In this document: piece by piece, positions 1 through 8,716 of the stretch
How positions within the stretch are numbered: position 1 is the stretch's first letter
Layout of the letters: every line of letters starts with the position of its first letter
Source of the DNA: a virus
Direction: 5' to 3' (one strand)
Virus record (IMG/VR): IMGVR_UViG_3300023106_000010
Span: 22,911 to 86,910 of that record
Length of the DNA stretch: 64,000 nucleotides
Notes under the pieces: model-generated
Databases searched by the model: none
What the model saw: the letters and a program-made list of their open reading frames with translations, nothing else
What the model was told of the DNA's origin: nothing
Program-made: the position numbers and the translations under genes

Positions 1-426
1 ATCTGCACCACTAACGCACCTCCTGCTACTTTCGATGCCGCTGGTTTCGGCGCACAAACTTATGTAGAAATCAAAGAACTGACTAACATTGGTGTTATCG
101 GTGAAGTCGCTTCGCTGATTACTCACGAGCCTGTCGGCGATCCTTATGTCTATAAGTTCAAGGGTAACTATAACACAGGTCAACTGACCCTGCAAGGTGC
201 TTACGCCCCTACCGATCCCGGCCAAGCTAAACTGCTGGTAGCTCTGCAAGACCCACTGGTTTACTCGTTCAAGCTGACCATCGGTGGTGGTACTACTGGT
301 ACTCCACAAGCAACGCTGTACGTGCAAGGTCAAGTTATGTCGGCACCTATCAATGTTGGTTCTGTGAATCAGATTACTGCAATTGATAGCACCGTCGAAC
401 TGTCAGGCAAACTGATTAAAGCGTAA
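1..426 (+). CDS. Major tail (tube) protein, 5'-truncated by window edge
   Basis: Frame 1 is open from base 1 to TAA at 424-426 (ICTTNAPPATFDAAGF...KFKGNYNTGQLTL...DPGQAKL...VELSGKLIKA). It has siphovirus tail-tube-like motifs and lies upstream of the chaperone and tape measure genes. Not in the ORF track. Confidence 0.8.
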   Translation: MCTTNAPPATFDAAGFGAQTYVEIKELTNIGVIGEVASLITHEPVGDPYVYKFKGNYNTGQLTLQGAYAPTDPGQAKLLVALQDPLVYSFKLTIGGGTTGTPQATLYVQGQVMSAPINVGSVNQITAIDSTVELSGKLIKA

Positions 427-433
427 TACAAAT

Positions 434-468
434 AGCCACTTGGGTAGAAATACTTGAGTGGCTTTCTT
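434..468 (+). terminator. Intrinsic terminator after tail tube gene
   Basis: AGCCACTTGGGTA-GAAA-TACTTGAGTGGCT hairpin (with G-U pairs) followed by TTCTT. Confidence 0.7.
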
Positions 469-563
469 ATCTAGTAACACTATATCAGAACTTACACAAG
501 TAAGTCAATATAAATTTCTAAGCCAATTGTGGCGAAGAACAATCTACCAAAGGAAATAATATT

Positions 564-965
564 ATGGCAACTTTTAACCTGAAGTCCCTGCAACTGGCAG
601 ACACTACTATTGTCCATCTGAAGAATGCTGATGGCTCTTACCTGTACGCTGATGAAGCTGAGAAAGAGCCTCTGGAAGTAGAAGTGTTCGGTCGTTCTTC
701 GAAACAAATGCGCAACTACCTGATTGCTGCTGAGAAGAAAAAAGCTAAGCGTGGCAAGCGTACTGCAACTCCAGAAGAAGCTCAAGAAGACAACGCAGAG
801 TTTTTTGCTGCAATCACCAAATCTGTCAAGAACTTCGATCTGGGCGACGGTCCTCTGACCACTCAAGATGACTTCAAGAAGATGTACCTTGATCCTGCAC
901 TGTACTTCGTAGTCGATCAAATCTCGGAAACCTTGGGCGATTCTGAAGTTTTTATGCAGAAGTAA
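564..965 (+). CDS. Tail assembly chaperone (gpG-like)
   Basis: 133 aa, between tail tube and tape measure; SD AAGGA; slippery GTTTTT near the 3' end. Confidence 0.8.
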   Translation: MATFNLKSLQLADTTIVHLKNADGSYLYADEAEKEPLEVEVFGRSSKQMRNYLIAAEKKKAKRGKRTATPEEAQEDNAEFFAAITKSVKNFDLGDGPLTTQDDFKKMYLDPALYFVVDQISETLGDSEVFMQK

Positions 966-1504
966 GAGAGAACCTCTCCCAATATGTCCGTCACAGTGCT
1001 TGGCTCAACGCCACTCCAGAAGGACAAAAGGGGGAGCCTAAATCTCGCAGAGAACAACGTGTGCAGGGTGATCCTATACTGGAACCTCTACCACTATCCA
1101 GCTACGAGGAATATCTAGTAAGTCTTTGGAGAGAAGCTGGAACAGTCTCACAAAAAGGTATGGGCATTGATGCTCTTGACTGGACAGAGCTTATAGCGTG
1201 GTCAGAAAGATTCTACTCAGATACTCTTATAGAGTGGGTAAGAAATCCTGACAATAAACGTCATAAGCCTGTCCCTTTGCTTATCAAGTATTGCACATTA
1301 CCAGATGTAGATTTACAAATCATTCGTCAGATGAGTCAAGAATACTGTTGGATGTCACAAGAGGCAACAGACCCTCGCTGTGCTTGCCCAATTGACGTTG
1401 AAGAACTTGAGATGAGTGAAGAACAGGAAGATGACGCAGTAGAAGATGTGTTGGCTAGCTTACGTGCTATGGGCTTCTTAGGTGAAGATGGACAGAGTTT
1501 ATAA
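950..1504 (+). CDS. Tail assembly chaperone C-terminal extension (gpGT-like, -1 frameshift product)
   Basis: The -1 frame is open from 950 (FYAEVRENLSQYVRHSAWLNATPEGQKGEPKSRREQR) into track ORF 1061..1504, which has no convincing SD of its own. Confidence 0.7.
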   Translation, partial: FYAEVRENLSQYVRHSAWLNATPEGQKGEPKSRREQRVQGDPILEPLPLSSYEEYLVSLWREAGTVSQKGMGIDALDWTELIAWSERFYSDTLIEWVRNPDNKRHKPVPLLIKYCTLPDVDLQIIRQMSQEYCWMSQEATDPRCACPIDVEELEMSEEQEDDAVEDVLASLRAMGFLGEDGQSL

Positions 1505-1512
1505 AGGTTGCC

Positions 1513-2427
1513 ATGAGAAAATTTAGAAATACTGAGTCATTTATTCGAGATTGCATAGCGATTCATGGTAACAAATACACATACGAAGATACTGAATTCG
1601 TAAAAAGAAAAGACAATGTAGAAATCAATTGTGTAAAACATGGTAAATTTGAGATAAAAGCCGACAACCTACTGTCTGGAAAAGGTTGTATGAAGTGCGC
1701 TGTCGAGAAAAGGGCAGATTTGCGTCGGGATACTACTGAAGACTTTATAGAAAAATCTAGAAAAGTACACGGCGACAAATACGATTACTCTATTTCTGTT
1801 TATGTGCTGGATGATGTGCCTTTGAACATTCGTTGTCCGATTCATGGAGATTTTAGTATGACTCCTGACGCCCACAAACACTCCCAAGGTTGTTCAAAAT
1901 GTGCAAACGTCTCTAGGTCTAAGAAGCATTCGGATACGTTAGAAGACTTTGTAAGGAAAGCGAAGTTAACACATGGGGATAAGTACATTTACTCTGAAGT
2001 GGATTATGTTGGGTCTAAGAGCAAGGTAAAGATAATTTGTCCGTCTATTGGACATGGGGCTTTTTATCAACAACCCGATAATCACATTGAAGGACAGGGT
2101 TGTCCTATTTGTCAACCGGGTGGGTTCAATAGCAAGCTCATGGGGTATGTTTACGTTCTTCAAGCAGGTAATATTACTAAAGTGGGCATCACGAACAAAT
2201 TACCAGAGCAACGCTGCAAGAAAGTTTCGGATTTTAGCAAAAAGAGTTTTGAAGTAGTTACTAGCTATCATCTGGAAGGATGTGAAGCGAGGAGATTGGA
2301 AAAGAGTGCACTTCTTTGGTTGGCAGAAAATTACGAAAAACAAGAGGACAAATTCAACGGCTCAACAGAGTGTTTTCTTGATGTAGATTTAACAGCCTTG
2401 ATATTCAAGATTGAGCAATTAAAATAA
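1513..2427 (+). CDS. Free-standing homing endonuclease-like protein (Cys/His zinc-ribbon repeats plus C-terminal GIY-YIG-like domain)
   Basis: Three repeats of F...HG.KY.Y....I.C..HG.F......G.GC..C; C-terminal GYVYVLQ...KVGIT; inserted between chaperone and tape measure. Confidence 0.75.
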   Translation: MRKFRNTESFIRDCIAIHGNKYTYEDTEFVKRKDNVEINCVKHGKFEIKADNLLSGKGCMKCAVEKRADLRRDTTEDFIEKSRKVHGDKYDYSISVYVLDDVPLNIRCPIHGDFSMTPDAHKHSQGCSKCANVSRSKKHSDTLEDFVRKAKLTHGDKYIYSEVDYVGSKSKVKIICPSIGHGAFYQQPDNHIEGQGCPICQPGGFNSKLMGYVYVLQAGNITKVGITNKLPEQRCKKVSDFSKKSFEVVTSYHLEGCEARRLEKSALLWLAENYEKQEDKFNGSTECFLDVDLTALIFKIEQLK

Positions 2428-2435
2428 GGATCGAC

Positions 2436-5400
2436 ATGGCTGCGGATATCACATCACTTGTAATTTCTGTTACATCACAAGGTATTAAGGAAGCATCGAC
2501 AGCTTTGTCAGGTCTTGGTACGTCTGCTGCAAACGCAGAGAAGCGTATTAACTCTCTTATCGAAGCTACAAAGCGTCTGAACACCATCAATGAAACTGCT
2601 GCAAAATCCTTTGTAAACGTAGCCGACAAGATGCGTGAGCAAGATAAACTGCTATCAAATATGGCAGCTAATTCTCGCACATCGGCTCGTGGGGTACAAG
2701 ACTTGGCAGCAGCTATGTTGCTCTTGTCTACATCCCTCAACTTGATGAATCAGAACATTGTGCGTACAACTGTCTCAACACGCGCTCACAATGAATCTAT
2801 GCGTGAGGCACACGCCCTCGCACGCGGCTTGTCAGGTTCCTTAGGTGCTCTGTGGCTGACGTATGGCAACCTTGCTGGTATGTCTGTTGGTGTGGCTATT
2901 GGTGCTGGTCTGAAGGGTATTATCAGTGTTGGTAAGGATGTCGAGAACACTTTGGAAGGTATTCGTGTTCGTGCAGGGGAATCCCGTGAATCGATGATTC
3001 AAGTTGCTGAAGCTGTAGAACGAATTGGTAAAGGTGTTTATGGCCCACAAGAAGTTGCTAAAGCGTTCGAGACTCTTGCTCTGGCAGGTTTGAAGGCTAA
3101 AGAATCAACTCTTGCAATTGGTGCTGCGCTGAACTTAGCTACAGCCGGTGGAACAAGTATTGAAAAGGCTGCTGAATCTCTCGTAACGATTGGCACAGCA
3201 GTAGGTGCAACAGCTAAGAGTTTTGACATGCTGGCAGATGGTATTACAGCAGCAGCTAATAGCTCTCTGGCATCTGTAGACAGTATTGCTGAATCAGTGA
3301 AACGTGCATCCGTAGTTAATAAATTGTATGGTGCAAGTTTTGACGATATCTTGACACAAACTGCTGCATTGGCACAATTAGGTATTAAGAATACAGCAGC
3401 AGGTACGGCTATTGTCAATTTCTACTCCAACTCGCTAGGTCAAACTGAAAAGTCGAAGAAAGCCCTTGACGCATTGGGAATGTCCTTCACGGATTTGAAC
3501 GGTAAAGCTAAACCTGTTGTAGATGCTTTTGAAGAGTTTACTGAGAAGCTGAATAAATTCGATTTGAAGTCACAGCAGACTATCATCAATGACATTTTTG
3601 GCGAACGAGCTTTGCGTGATGTCGAGGGTTTGCGTGACGCTGTTAATCGCTCCGCAGACGATACAGCAACGTATAGCAACAAGCTCCGTGAGATTCAAGG
3701 ACAGATTGCTGAAGCAGCGGGTACAGCGGCCCTGCAAAGTGTGCAGCTTGGTTTGACTACTTCTAAACAAATGGAATCTGTTGGTAACACTCTGAAAACT
3801 AGTTTGTCAGCAGCTTTCACAGAGGTCGCGCCGACGATTAAAGAGGTGTCCGATAGGCTGAAAGAAGTATTAGGCTCCCCTGAGTTTGTTCGTAGTATTG
3901 CAAACATCGCTACAGGTATTGCCAACCTGACCGCATTCTTGGTCGAGAATTACAAAGCAGTTGGCTATGTTGTTGAAGGTTTCTTGTTGTGGAAAGGTAT
4001 CACTCTCGGTGCTAATATGTTTGAAGCTATGGCACGAGGATTGACAGGCGTTGCTTCTGCAATGGGATTTGTGACGGTGGCAACTAATGGTGCTGCTGTA
4101 GGTACAGGCGCTCTTGCAACAGCTTTGAGATTCCTTCCGGGTATTGGTTTGGTGCTAACTGGCTTAACCGCCGCTTGGGCGCTGTACAACCTGCACTCAG
4201 GCAAAGCAAAGGATGTCGCTCAACAAACTGCTGACACGTATAATAAAGACTTTCTGAAAGCTTTGAAAGAAGAGGCTGAACGTCTTGAGAAGACTAACGA
4301 AGTGATTGCGTCTGGTACTTCTATCAAGGAGGCTGATGCTGTTGCTACTCGTGAACTGGCTATGGCTAAACTCCAAGAGACTAATGCTGACGCCGTCGCA
4401 AGTGCTCAAAAGACTCGTGACGAAGCCGCTGCTGCCCTCAAGGCTAAAAAGATTATCAATTACGCTTACGACGACAAGAGTAGCAAAGAAGCTAAAGCGT
4501 TAACTGCTGCACAGGATACACTCAACAAAGCAACAGAAACTTATAGCCAAACTATGAGTGATGCTGTGATGTTGACTAATCGTGTTGTGGAGGCAAGCAA
4601 GATAAAGAAAGCAGCTTATGCAGCAGAAGCGTTAGCAGCAGAGCAAGCAGCCAAAGCTGCTGCCGGTAATTTAAAATTTGGTGGAGCTAAACCAGACAAA
4701 GCTGCTGTCAACGACGCTTACGCAGCAGCCATCACATCGCTTAATAACAAAATCAAAGCTGCCAAGAAAGATATGCAGAACTTTGACGACAAGCTTAACG
4801 ATCAATTCAAAGCTGGCGAGATGGGCAAACTGCAAGTCATTCAGTCTTCTGCTGAAAATCAAATCGCAGAATATGAGAAAATTGGTAAGACTATTCAGGA
4901 TCAAATTGACAAGGCTTCTAAAGGTAAGAATAAAACTGCTGACGTAGAGAAATTCTCAGGTTTGCAGGAAGCTAATACAGAAGCCATCGAACAAGCCAAG
5001 CGTAAACAGGCTCAAGAGACTTCTGTGTATATTAGTCAACTTCGTCAAGATAGTAATAGAGAAGCTGTTAAGCAACTCGAAGAAGAAGGCAACTACGTAT
5101 CGGCAGCAGCCCTTCGCTGGAGTACCGAGTATTCTCCAGCAATTCAAGCTGTACAGAAAGACTACGAAGCTCTTGGCGATAAATTCCCTGAGATTGGTGA
5201 GCGTCTGAAACAATTGGAAGCTACGCAGGAATCCTTTATGGATGCTGCTCGTGTCAAAGAGTTGTCCAAAGAGTATAACGTGTTGGCTCTTGAAATTGCT
5301 AACACTCTGAAAGGTGTACAAACTGCTTCTGAAGATCAAGGCTTAGTTGCCATGTGGACAGCAGCACAAGATGCTACAGAGAAATACAAAGCTTCTTTGC

Positions 5401-8400
5401 CGGGATTAGCAGCCCAACTCGAAAAGCTGAAACGCTTTGCAATGGCTGATGACGCTTCCACAGGTGATAAGAAAGCCTACGAAGAGGCGTTGTCTCAGCA
5501 GACTTCTTTGGCTGAGAAATATAAGACAATGTGGACAGGTGTGGGTAAGTCTATCTCAGACTCCTTGGGAGACGCCTTCGGTAAATCTGGTAAAGCTGCT
5601 GGAGACATACTTCAGTCGATTGTCAAATACAATAATACCGATAACAAGTCAATCGAAGCTAAGAACAAACTCTACGGAAGCATGGCTGGTGCAGCTAAGA
5701 ACTTCTTCAAAGAAGGCTCTACAGGTTACAAGGTCATGGCTGCTGCTGAGAAAGTGTTCCGTGCTATCGAGTTGGCGAACATGATTAAGTCGTTGTTTGT
5801 GCACGAAGCTATAACTACCGCAAAAGTAACTGGAACTGCTATTGGTCAAGTGGCTGAAACTTCTGAAGTTATTGCCGGTGAAGCTGCTCGTAACACCGCC
5901 AAAGTTCCGGGAGTGTTTATGTCGTTCATGAGTGCACTTGGTCCATGGGGCGCTGCTGCGGCTGCTGTAGCTATTGCTGCTGTGCTGGGTGGCGCTTTCA
6001 GTGGAGGAGGCGGAGGTGGTATGTCTGCTGCTGAACGTCAAGCTAAACAAGGTACAGGTTCTGTACTGGGCGATGATTCAGCTAAAAGCGAAAGCATTGC
6101 TAAATCCTTGGAATTGATTCAACGTGACTCAGGCTTAGGCTTGGTACACTTCAAGTCAATGGATACTTCGCTGAAAGCTGTTGTTGCAGGACTTGGCAGC
6201 TTGGGGGCATCGATTGTTCAATTCGGTGGCGTCAATGATGTATCGAAACAAATCGCAGAAGGCCAATCTAGCGGATTCTTTAGTAAGCTTGCTACTTCTA
6301 TTTTCGGTGGCAAAACCACTGTGCAAGATAGCGGTATTTCGTTTGGTGCAGGTACTGTTGGTAGCATAGGTACCAGTGGTGTTAACGCACAATCCTACAA
6401 CGATATTAAGAAATCTGGTGGATGGTTTAGTAGTGACAAGTATCGCACAGAAACTAAAGATTTAGGGTCAGATATTAGTGGTAAGTTTTCTGACATTATT
6501 AGTAACATGGCTAAAACAATCACTGCTGCGGCTGACATGATTGGTATCGGTGGATCAGCTTTCAATGAACATCTGAAATCCTTTGTAGTCGATCTGGGTA
6601 AAATCTCCCTGAAAGATTTAAAAGGTGATGAAGTTACTGATGCACTGAATGCTATCTTCTCTAAACTTGGCGACGACATGGCAATGTTTGCTGTGGATGG
6701 CCTAAAGAACTTCCAGAAGATTGGTGAAGGTTATCTCGAAACTCTGTCACGAGTTGCTAATGAACTGATTCAGGTGCAAGATGTGTTTGCTGTACTTGGC
6801 AAGTCTATGACTTCTACAGGCTTGGCGGCGATTCAATCCTCGCAAAACTTTATTGATTTGTTCGGTAGTATTGATAAGCTGACAGAAGCTACAAGTTATT
6901 TTGTTGAGAACTTTTTGACAGATGCTGATAAGTTGAAACCTATCCAAGAATCACTGACCAAAGAGATGAATCGTTTAGGTTTGTCGTCAATTGACACTGT
7001 AGAAGAGTTCAAGAACCTCGTGCTTGCACAAGACTTGAATACTAAAGCTGGTCAAGAGATGTATGCAAACTTGATGAATGTCGCTCCTGCATTCTTGGCT
7101 GTTTCAGAGGCATCAACTAAAGCAGCAGAAGCAATAGCTGACCTCGCTAACAAGCGTCTGGACATGCTCTTGACAATTGCTGAATTGGAAGGTAATTCCG
7201 CCGCAGCTACATCCATAATTGCTCAGCAACGTTCTATTGAATTAGCTGCAATGGACGCCTCACTTCGCCCTCTGCAAGAACGTATCAATTTCTTGAACGA
7301 CGAAAAAGCTGCCACCGAAAAGTCTAACTCTTTACGAGACAAAACATTGTCGTTGAGTCTAACTCTGGCAAACTTGGAAGGTAATACTGCTGCGGCTACT
7401 GCTATTGTAGCACAACAGAGACTGATTGAGTTGGCAGCTATGGACGCTTCTCTGCGACCTATCCAAGAGCGCATTAACTTATTGACAGATGAGAAAGCAG
7501 CAGCTACAGCAGCGGCAGATGCCATTAAGAAGAATATTGATGCTTTGAAAACCACTGCTCAGAATGACTTTAATGTTCTGAGTAAAGCACTCACCAAAGC
7601 AAAGAATGATGCTCAGGTTGCGTACGATGCTCAAGCAGCTATTATTAATGCTCAAATTAGTTCTCTGGAAACTGTGCGCAATGGTATTACTGAGTTGAGT
7701 AATGCGTTGGATAGTACTCTGGACTCTATGCTGGACAATGCTGCTCTTGCAATGACTCGTGCTCAAGCTCAAGCGAAGTTGGATGAAGCTCTTAAAACTG
7801 CACGTACCACTGGTAAGCTCCCTTCCGCAGCAGACTTAAAAGATACGTTGGCAACTCTTGCGAAAGACCCAGCAGACTCGTTTAGCTCTTATGCAGATTA
7901 CATTAAGGATGTTGGTATTACAGCAGGTAAAGTTTCTAACTTAGCGGATATAGCTAAAGGTCAAGAGACAGCGGTGGATAAACAAATTGCTTTAGCTCAG
8001 AAGCAACTGGATGTCGCTAAAGATACTCTTGACAAAGAAATGGCTAAGTATGACATGTTGCTGGCTTTTGAACAGCAGCAGCTTGACGCGATGAATGGTA
8101 CGACAGTTGCTGTGCAAAATTTGACAGCGGCTTTGGTTAATTTCAATTCATCTGTACTGGCTGCTACAGCCGCTCAAGCTGGTCAGACAGGTTCTAATGG
8201 GAAGCCAATTACTTCTGTGAGAGCAACTGAAGATGACATTAAGAACCTGTACAAAAATGTGCTGGGTCGGGAAGGTGATGCTGGTGGGCTGGAGTATTAC
8301 AAGAAACTTGCTAGCGAGGGCTACACAGCATCCCAGTTGTCTCAGTTTTTTATGCAGTCTCCTGAGTATCTGGCTAAGCATCCTGACGGTAGTCATGCTG

Positions 8401-8654
8401 GTGGATTAGATTATGTGCCAAAGGATAACTATATTGCTCGTTTGCACAAGGGCGAGAAAGTTCTTACGGCACAGGAAGCTAAGAAGTCTCGTGACGGTGG
8501 TAGTGAAGATATGATTGCCACTGCTGTAAGTGCTGCTTGTTCAGCCACATTGGAAATGCTTGATCCATTGGTGAAAGATGTTAGCTACATGAAGAAGTTG
8601 TTGCAGAACTCTTCTCCAGATGGCAATAGCATTCAAGTTACGATTGTCTCCTAA
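2436..8654 (+). CDS. Tail tape measure protein
   Basis: 2072 aa, Ala-rich and helical; TP901-like N-terminal region; hydrophobic stretches; C-terminal GSHAGGLDYVP...ARLHKGEKVLT motif; position after chaperones. Confidence 0.95.
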   Translation: MAADITSLVISVTSQGIKEASTALSGLGTSAANAEKRINSLIEATKRLNTINETAAKSFVNVADKMREQDKLLSNMAANSRTSARGVQDLAAAMLLLSTSLNLMNQNIVRTTVSTRAHNESMREAHALARGLSGSLGALWLTYGNLAGMSVGVAIGAGLKGIISVGKDVENTLEGIRVRAGESRESMIQVAEAVERIGKGVYGPQEVAKAFETLALAGLKAKESTLAIGAALNLATAGGTSIEKAAESLVTIGTAVGATAKSFDMLADGITAAANSSLASVDSIAESVKRASVVNKLYGASFDDILTQTAALAQLGIKNTAAGTAIVNFYSNSLGQTEKSKKALDALGMSFTDLNGKAKPVVDAFEEFTEKLNKFDLKSQQTIINDIFGERALRDVEGLRDAVNRSADDTATYSNKLREIQGQIAEAAGTAALQSVQLGLTTSKQMESVGNTLKTSLSAAFTEVAPTIKEVSDRLKEVLGSPEFVRSIANIATGIANLTAFLVENYKAVGYVVEGFLLWKGITLGANMFEAMARGLTGVASAMGFVTVATNGAAVGTGALATALRFLPGIGLVLTGLTAAWALYNLHSGKAKDVAQQTADTYNKDFLKALKEEAERLEKTNEVIASGTSIKEADAVATRELAMAKLQETNADAVASAQKTRDEAAAALKAKKIINYAYDDKSSKEAKALTAAQDTLNKATETYSQTMSDAVMLTNRVVEASKIKKAAYAAEALAAEQAAKAAAGNLKFGGAKPDKAAVNDAYAAAITSLNNKIKAAKKDMQNFDDKLNDQFKAGEMGKLQVIQSSAENQIAEYEKIGKTIQDQIDKASKGKNKTADVEKFSGLQEANTEAIEQAKRKQAQETSVYISQLRQDSNREAVKQLEEEGNYVSAAALRWSTEYSPAIQAVQKDYEALGDKFPEIGERLKQLEATQESFMDAARVKELSKEYNVLALEIANTLKGVQTASEDQGLVAMWTAAQDATEKYKASLPGLAAQLEKLKRFAMADDASTGDKKAYEEALSQQTSLAEKYKTMWTGVGKSISDSLGDAFGKSGKAAGDILQSIVKYNNTDNKSIEAKNKLYGSMAGAAKNFFKEGSTGYKVMAAAEKVFRAIELANMIKSLFVHEAITTAKVTGTAIGQVAETSEVIAGEAARNTAKVPGVFMSFMSALGPWGAAAAAVAIAAVLGGAFSGGGGGGMSAAERQAKQGTGSVLGDDSAKSESIAKSLELIQRDSGLGLVHFKSMDTSLKAVVAGLGSLGASIVQFGGVNDVSKQIAEGQSSGFFSKLATSIFGGKTTVQDSGISFGAGTVGSIGTSGVNAQSYNDIKKSGGWFSSDKYRTETKDLGSDISGKFSDIISNMAKTITAAADMIGIGGSAFNEHLKSFVVDLGKISLKDLKGDEVTDALNAIFSKLGDDMAMFAVDGLKNFQKIGEGYLETLSRVANELIQVQDVFAVLGKSMTSTGLAAIQSSQNFIDLFGSIDKLTEATSYFVENFLTDADKLKPIQESLTKEMNRLGLSSIDTVEEFKNLVLAQDLNTKAGQEMYANLMNVAPAFLAVSEASTKAAEAIADLANKRLDMLLTIAELEGNSAAATSIIAQQRSIELAAMDASLRPLQERINFLNDEKAATEKSNSLRDKTLSLSLTLANLEGNTAAATAIVAQQRLIELAAMDASLRPIQERINLLTDEKAAATAAADAIKKNIDALKTTAQNDFNVLSKALTKAKNDAQVAYDAQAAIINAQISSLETVRNGITELSNALDSTLDSMLDNAALAMTRAQAQAKLDEALKTARTTGKLPSAADLKDTLATLAKDPADSFSSYADYIKDVGITAGKVSNLADIAKGQETAVDKQIALAQKQLDVAKDTLDKEMAKYDMLLAFEQQQLDAMNGTTVAVQNLTAALVNFNSSVLAATAAQAGQTGSNGKPITSVRATEDDIKNLYKNVLGREGDAGGLEYYKKLASEGYTASQLSQFFMQSPEYLAKHPDGSHAGGLDYVPKDNYIARLHKGEKVLTAQEAKKSRDGGSEDMIATAVSAACSATLEMLDPLVKDVSYMKKLLQNSSPDGNSIQVTIVS
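7141..7510 (+). repeat. Tandem 189-bp (63-aa) repeat within tape measure gene
   Basis: LEGN.AAAT.I.AQQR.IELAAMDASLRP.QERIN.L.DEKAA occurs twice; TTGGAAGGTAAT at 7185 and 7374. Confidence 0.9.
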
Positions 8655-8680
8655 CAGATTTAATCGTTATTGTAACACAA

Positions 8681-8706
8681 GGAAGGGCTTCGGCCCTTCT
8701 CTTTTT
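8681..8706 (+). terminator. Intrinsic terminator after tape measure
   Basis: GGAAGGGC-TTCG-GCCCTTCT followed by CTTTTT. Confidence 0.85.
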
Positions 8707-8716
8707 AGGAGAATAC

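Noticed and set aside
2405-8396. Many short minus-strand and alternate-frame ORFs inside the tape measure gene
   Set aside because: Shadow ORFs of an Ala-rich, codon-biased gene, with no SD or motifs
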